From an uncultured Planctomycetota bacterium (GTDB lineage: Bacteria > Planctomycetota > Planctomycetia > Pirellulales > Lacipirellulaceae), in assembly GCA_963719315.1 (NCBI GenBank), contig CAVRBU010000002.1:64001-128000 (forward strand): a DNA stretch of 64,000 nucleotides. Reading direction: 5' to 3'. Positions within the stretch are counted from its first letter, which is position 1. Every line of letters starts with the position of its first letter. Shown in pieces: positions 59,513 to 64,000 of the stretch. The notes under the pieces were generated by a model. It was not told the origin of the DNA. It made no database searches and worked only from the letters and a program-made list of their open reading frames with translations. The translations under genes and the position numbers were made by a program.

Positions 59513-62387
59513 ATGCGGCAAAGTACGATCTTATTTTGCGCGATTGTCGTCGCGTTGCACACGGCGGCATGCTATGCCGCGGATGCCGCGCCACCGGATT
59601 TCGCACGCGATGTCGCACCGATTTTCGCCAAGTATTGCGCCGGTTGCCACAATGGCACGGACCGCGAAGGCGAGCTGTCGCTCGAATCGTTCGCAGAACT
59701 GAAAAAGGGTGGCGAGAAGGGTGCAGTCATTGTGCCGGGCCGCGCCGATGCGAGCTTGATGATTCGGGCACTAAAGGGCGAGGTCGAGCCGGCGATGCCG
59801 CCGGAAGACAATCCGCATCCTTCGGACAAAGAAGTCGAACTCCTAAAATTATGGATCGACGGGGGCGCTATTGGCCCCGAGGGTTCGGCTCTGCCTCGCC
59901 CCGAAATAAAGACGCCCACTATTGCGCCGGCCACCGGCGTGCATCCGTACCTTACCAGCTTGGCAATCTCGCCGGATGGCAAGCGGCTTGCGTTCGGCAA
60001 ATATCGGCGAGTCGAGTTGGTCGATCCGGCCAGCAGAAAGGTCATGACGACGAGCGGGCAGCTCTGTGGAAAGGTAAACGGGATTTCCTTTTCGCGCGAC
60101 GGCTCCTTATTCGTCGCCAGCTCGGGGGTCGCCGGGCTCTATGGTGTAGCCACAATCTGTCGCACGAGCGACGGAGCAACGGTTTCGGAAATTACAGGTC
60201 ATCGTGACACGATTTATGACGCGGAACTAAGCCCCGACGGCCGCCTGCTGGCGACCTGCAGCTATGATCGCGCCATTAACCTATGGGACGTTGCGAGCGG
60301 CAAACTCGTGGGCTCGCTCACTGGCCACAACGGAGCGGTTTACGATCTGGCGTTTTCGTCGGACGGCTCGATCCTGGCCAGCGCCAGCGCCGATGAGACT
60401 GTAAAAATTTGGAAAGTGAAAACCGGCGCACGACTCGACACGCTAGGCCAACCCGAAGGCGAGCAGTGCGCGGTTGGATTCACGCCCGATTCGAAATCCA
60501 TCGTGGCCGGCGGCGGCGACCGCCAGTTGCGGCTGTGGACCCTGCTGTCGCGCGAAAAGGCTAAAATTAATCCGCTCAAGTTTTCGCGTACCGCGCACAA
60601 CAGCTCGATCGTAAAGCTGGCGATATCGCCCGACGGCAAGCAGCTTGTGACTGCCTCGGAAGGCCGCGAGCTCGTGCTGTGGAACGTCGCCACGCTTATG
60701 CCGATACTTCGCTACGAAGAGCAGCCCGACGTTGTGACCGGTTTGGCGTTCGCCCCCGATGGCAAGCGATTTTACGTAGCCCGGATCGATGGGAGTTGGC
60801 ACAGATACGAGATGTTCAAAGGCAAAAGCGAATCGATTGCGGCCGATGACGTGCCCTCCCCTGCCAACTCCGCGACCTTTGACGCGACCGAATCGGCTCC
60901 TCAAGAGTTCAAGGAGCAGGAGCCCAACAACGTGCCAACAGCCGCCAACGCCATCACTGCGAATTCCGTGGTACGCGGCATAATCGGGGCGGCCGCGAAC
61001 GGCGCAGCCAACGTCGATGTATTTCGTTTACATGCTCGGAAGGGCCAACGACTGGTGCTCGAAATCAACGCATCCCGCAGCAAGTCGCCGCTCGATTCGA
61101 AATTAGAAGTGCTCGATGCGGACGGCAATTCGATTCCGCGCGTTGTCCTGCAGGCGGTTCGCAGTTCGTACTACACGTTCCGCGGCCACAACTCGCTCGA
61201 TGTCGACGACTTCCGCATGCACGGCGCAAGACATGGAGCTTAATGAATTCGTGTACGCCAATGGCGAAGTCATGAAGTTGTGGCTGCTGCCGCGCGGGCC
61301 GGATTCCGGATTCCTGGTCTATCCTGGTACCGGCCCCAATCGTTTTACGTACTTCGGCTCAACACCCATCACCCACGCGCTCAACGAGCCGATTTACATC
61401 GTGCAACCGCACGGCCCAGGCGAGACAATTATTCCGAACGGATTGCAGGTTTACACGTTGTATTACGAAAACGACGACGACGGCCGGCGCATGTTGGGCA
61501 GCGATTCGCGGGTCGCGTTCACCGCTCCGGCCGACGGCGACTATTTGGCCCGGGTATCCGATGTCCGTGGGATGGGTGGCGAAGCGTATCAGTATCAATT
61601 GACGGTCCGCCCCCCGCGACCTGATTTCGAGGTCAAGATCGATGCCAAAGATCTCACCATCAACGCGGGCAGCGGCAAGGAGTTCACAATCACTGCGACA
61701 CGCGAGGACGAATTCGATGGTGAGATTCGCATTCGCATCGCAAAACTGCCGCCGGGGTTTCATGTGAGCAGCCCGCTCACGATTCAGGCTGGCCAATCGT
61801 TGGCCCGCGGCGCGCTTACGGCCGATGCCAACGCGCCTGCCCCCACCGCAGAAAACGCGAAACTCACCACCTGGACGGCCTCGGCGGTGATCGGTGGAAA
61901 GACAATCAAAAAGAAGCCGAAGAAATTGGGCGAGATCAAGCTGACAGACCGGCCTCGGATTCTGCTAACGGTGCTGCCCTCCGCCGATTCGGAGCAGCCC
62001 GTTGCAGCCGCAGCCGGGTCGAAACAAGAGCCGGCGGAAATTGTCATCGCACCCGGAGAAACGATTGCCGCCACGCTCAAAGTCGAGCGCCGCGGATTCA
62101 ATGACGAAATAGGTTTTGGCAAAGAGCTCGCCGGCCGCAATCTGCCGCATGGCGTCTACGTAGACAACATCGGCCTTAACGGCGTGACTCTTCTCAAAGG
62201 TGAAACGGAGCGGACGATTTACATCACGGCTCGCAAGTGGGTGCCGGAACAAGTGCGGCCATTCCATCTGCAGGCTGAGAAGGAAGGGAATCAAACCAGT
62301 TGGCCAGTCATGCTTCGCGTCCAAAATCGTGCTGACACGCCAACCGCAGCGACGAAAAACGTCGTAGTGACGCCCGAAGCGAACTGA
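59513..62387 (+). CDS. PSCyt1 cytochrome c, WD40-repeat and PPC-domain protein; frameshift near 61230
   Basis: CAGCH heme motif; GH..YD..FS.DG repeats; EQEPNN; continues in ORF 61116-62387 (ENDDD, APADGDY). Confidence 0.88.
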
Positions 62388-62411
62388 CGCTTGCCGCCAC
62401 GCGTGGGTGAA

Positions 62412-64000
62412 TCAACCGTCGATGCTCCCGTCCACGGCGCAAAGCGCCAGTTCAATTGTCAGAATGCGGCCCACGAGATCGGCCGACTGAAAATCGCGTT
62501 TCTCGGCGCAACGTAGCAATTCTGCGAGCCGGTTCGGGTGATAGAGAGGCGCCGACCGTAAGTGGCCATAAGAATCTTGGCCGTTTACGCCCTTGCCGTT
62601 CCTAAGCGGTGATAGACAAGCCTGACGCGCGGCTAAAACGTGCTGCGTGGGCGCGATCGACTTGGATATCACGCTGCGTCCGAATGCCTTCTCACTCAGC
62701 TTGTTGATCGCCCGCGCGCCGATGTCCGAATAATACGGCACAAAGCGATGCATGTTCGATAGCCGCATCGGCTGCGCTGGTCCGCCGGACGTGGTCTTGA
62801 TGGCGGCCACGCGGCGGTCCAATCGTTCGATCATTGCGCGCATCAGCCCATGCCCGTTGCGATGACGCCAATGGATCGAGGTGACGACGTTGAATACCGG
62901 TTTGAAGAAAAAAGGCGATTGAATCAAGCCGTACGCGCCGAACGCCGGGCCGTACAGGCCAAAGTGGCCGGTGCACTTATAGGCGTACATCATATCGAGT
63001 TGCGTCGTGTTCAAGTCGTCCTCGTAAGCCAGCGTCCACTCGACCATGCGGCGGCCAAAGTCTTCTCGAACCGCGGCCGTCGAATCCCGCGCGAGCACCG
63101 AGGTATCCATCGGGTGGAGTAGTCGCATGTCGATCCAATTATCGAGGTCGACTCGATTCGACTTGCCGACTTTCAGAAACTCCTGCTGCCAGGCAAAGTT
63201 TCGCATCAGCTCGGCGCCGCCGCCGTTGAACATGATCGGTTCGATGCCCAGCTCGGGCGGTTGCCACATCGCCGCCGACAGGTCCAACGCATCCAGATGG
63301 CAGTCGCCCCACGCCGCGGCAGCATGAACGATTTCCGGCTGCATCCGCGGCCACTCGTGCGGAAGCGCTATGTGCAACCACTCCCAACCGGTTTCGCGAA
63401 CAATTCGTGAGGCAAAGCGAACATCCGGATGGCGATCGTCGCCGCGGGTGTTGGTCCGAAACGAAATGCCGGCGCGGCGCAGCAGCAGGTTCAACAGACG
63501 GCTGTCGTAGCCGCCCGTCAGATTCGTGCAATAGCAATACTGATTGTCGAGATACGAGCGAAACGTCTCGGTGGCCACATCGATCAAATGATCGGCAGCT
63601 TGATTCGGCCTGAGCCGGTTGACGCGCTCATCGATTTGCGGTCGCCAATACGTGCGGCGCTGACGGCTATGCGGCGTAAAGAAAACCAAGGTGCCCGGCA
63701 GGAGCCGCTCGATGCCCTCCCAATTGGTCAAGCTACCGAAGTGGTACCCGGCCCTCAGGAAAACCTCCATTCCAAATCGGTTTGGTTTGGCACGCAGGTG
63801 TTTGGCCAGCGCCAGTGCGGAAGTCGAAACAAACGTCTTTCCATCGCGTTCGGCAACGTACAGCGCCTGTAGGCCCAGCGGATCGCTGGCGACTACGACT
63901 TCCTGCGACACTGCATCGAAGGAAACTAGCGCGAACTGGCCATCCAGCGATTCGACCGGCCGGCCGATCAGTGAATCCTTGTAATGTACGAGCCCGTACG
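62412..64000 (-). CDS. Asparagine synthetase-related amidotransferase (5' partial)
   Basis: SDPLGLQALY, NLTGGYDSR, NGGGAE; frame stays open to the window edge. Confidence 0.8.
   Translation of the reverse strand, partial: YGLVHYKDSLIGRPVESLDGQFALVSFDAVSQEVVVASDPLGLQALYVAERDGKTFVSTSALALAKHLRAKPNRFGMEVFLRAGYHFGSLTNWEGIERLLPGTLVFFTPHSRQRRTYWRPQIDERVNRLRPNQAADHLIDVATETFRSYLDNQYCYCTNLTGGYDSRLLNLLLRRAGISFRTNTRGDDRHPDVRFASRIVRETGWEWLHIALPHEWPRMQPEIVHAAAAWGDCHLDALDLSAAMWQPPELGIEPIMFNGGGAELMRNFAWQQEFLKVGKSNRVDLDNWIDMRLLHPMDTSVLARDSTAAVREDFGRRMVEWTLAYEDDLNTTQLDMMYAYKCTGHFGLYGPAFGAYGLIQSPFFFKPVFNVVTSIHWRHRNGHGLMRAMIERLDRRVAAIKTTSGGPAQPMRLSNMHRFVPYYSDIGARAINKLSEKAFGRSVISKSIAPTQHVLAARQACLSPLRNGKGVNGQDSYGHLRSAPLYHPNRLAELLRCAEKRDFQSADLVGRILTIELALCAVDGSIDG

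Overview
GC-rich chromosomal segment whose gene content (DUF1501, DUF1549/DUF1553, PSCyt1-WD40, SHD1, DUF6666-like, MfnB) points to a planctomycete, probably Pirellulales. Layout: (i) 1-9.9 kb, a putative island beside the 3' end of an initiator tRNA-Met, carrying a leftward stress-type operon (YciF, DUF2294/MpsC, receiver protein split by IS5, CsrA, WxxGxW-repeat protein, desaturase, DUF883, AI-2E) behind a structured, terminator-ending leader and a divergent second DUF2294 gene; (ii) 10-48 kb, mostly core genes (typA, ade, ALDH, secretin, rnd, mfnB, rho) with one IS110-family element; (iii) 48.4-52.7 kb, a decayed prophage-like island at tRNA-Ser(GGA) (integrase tail, capsid tail, cold-shock gene, PEP-CTERM gene split by a second IS5 copy, ISKra4 fragments); (iv) 52.7-64 kb, catabolic genes and a DUF1501/DUF1549/WD40 cluster. 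Best hit: the IS110 element (13178-15156) encodes an unusually long 525-aa recombinase and, downstream of it, a two-loop bridge-type RNA whose guide segments match its own insertion site and its own end junction around a CA core. Second hit: a candidate attenuator RNA linked to two DUF2294 genes. Many small frameshifts in conserved genes (including rho) are probably assembly errors. All family assignments come from motif recognition by eye, not from database searches.
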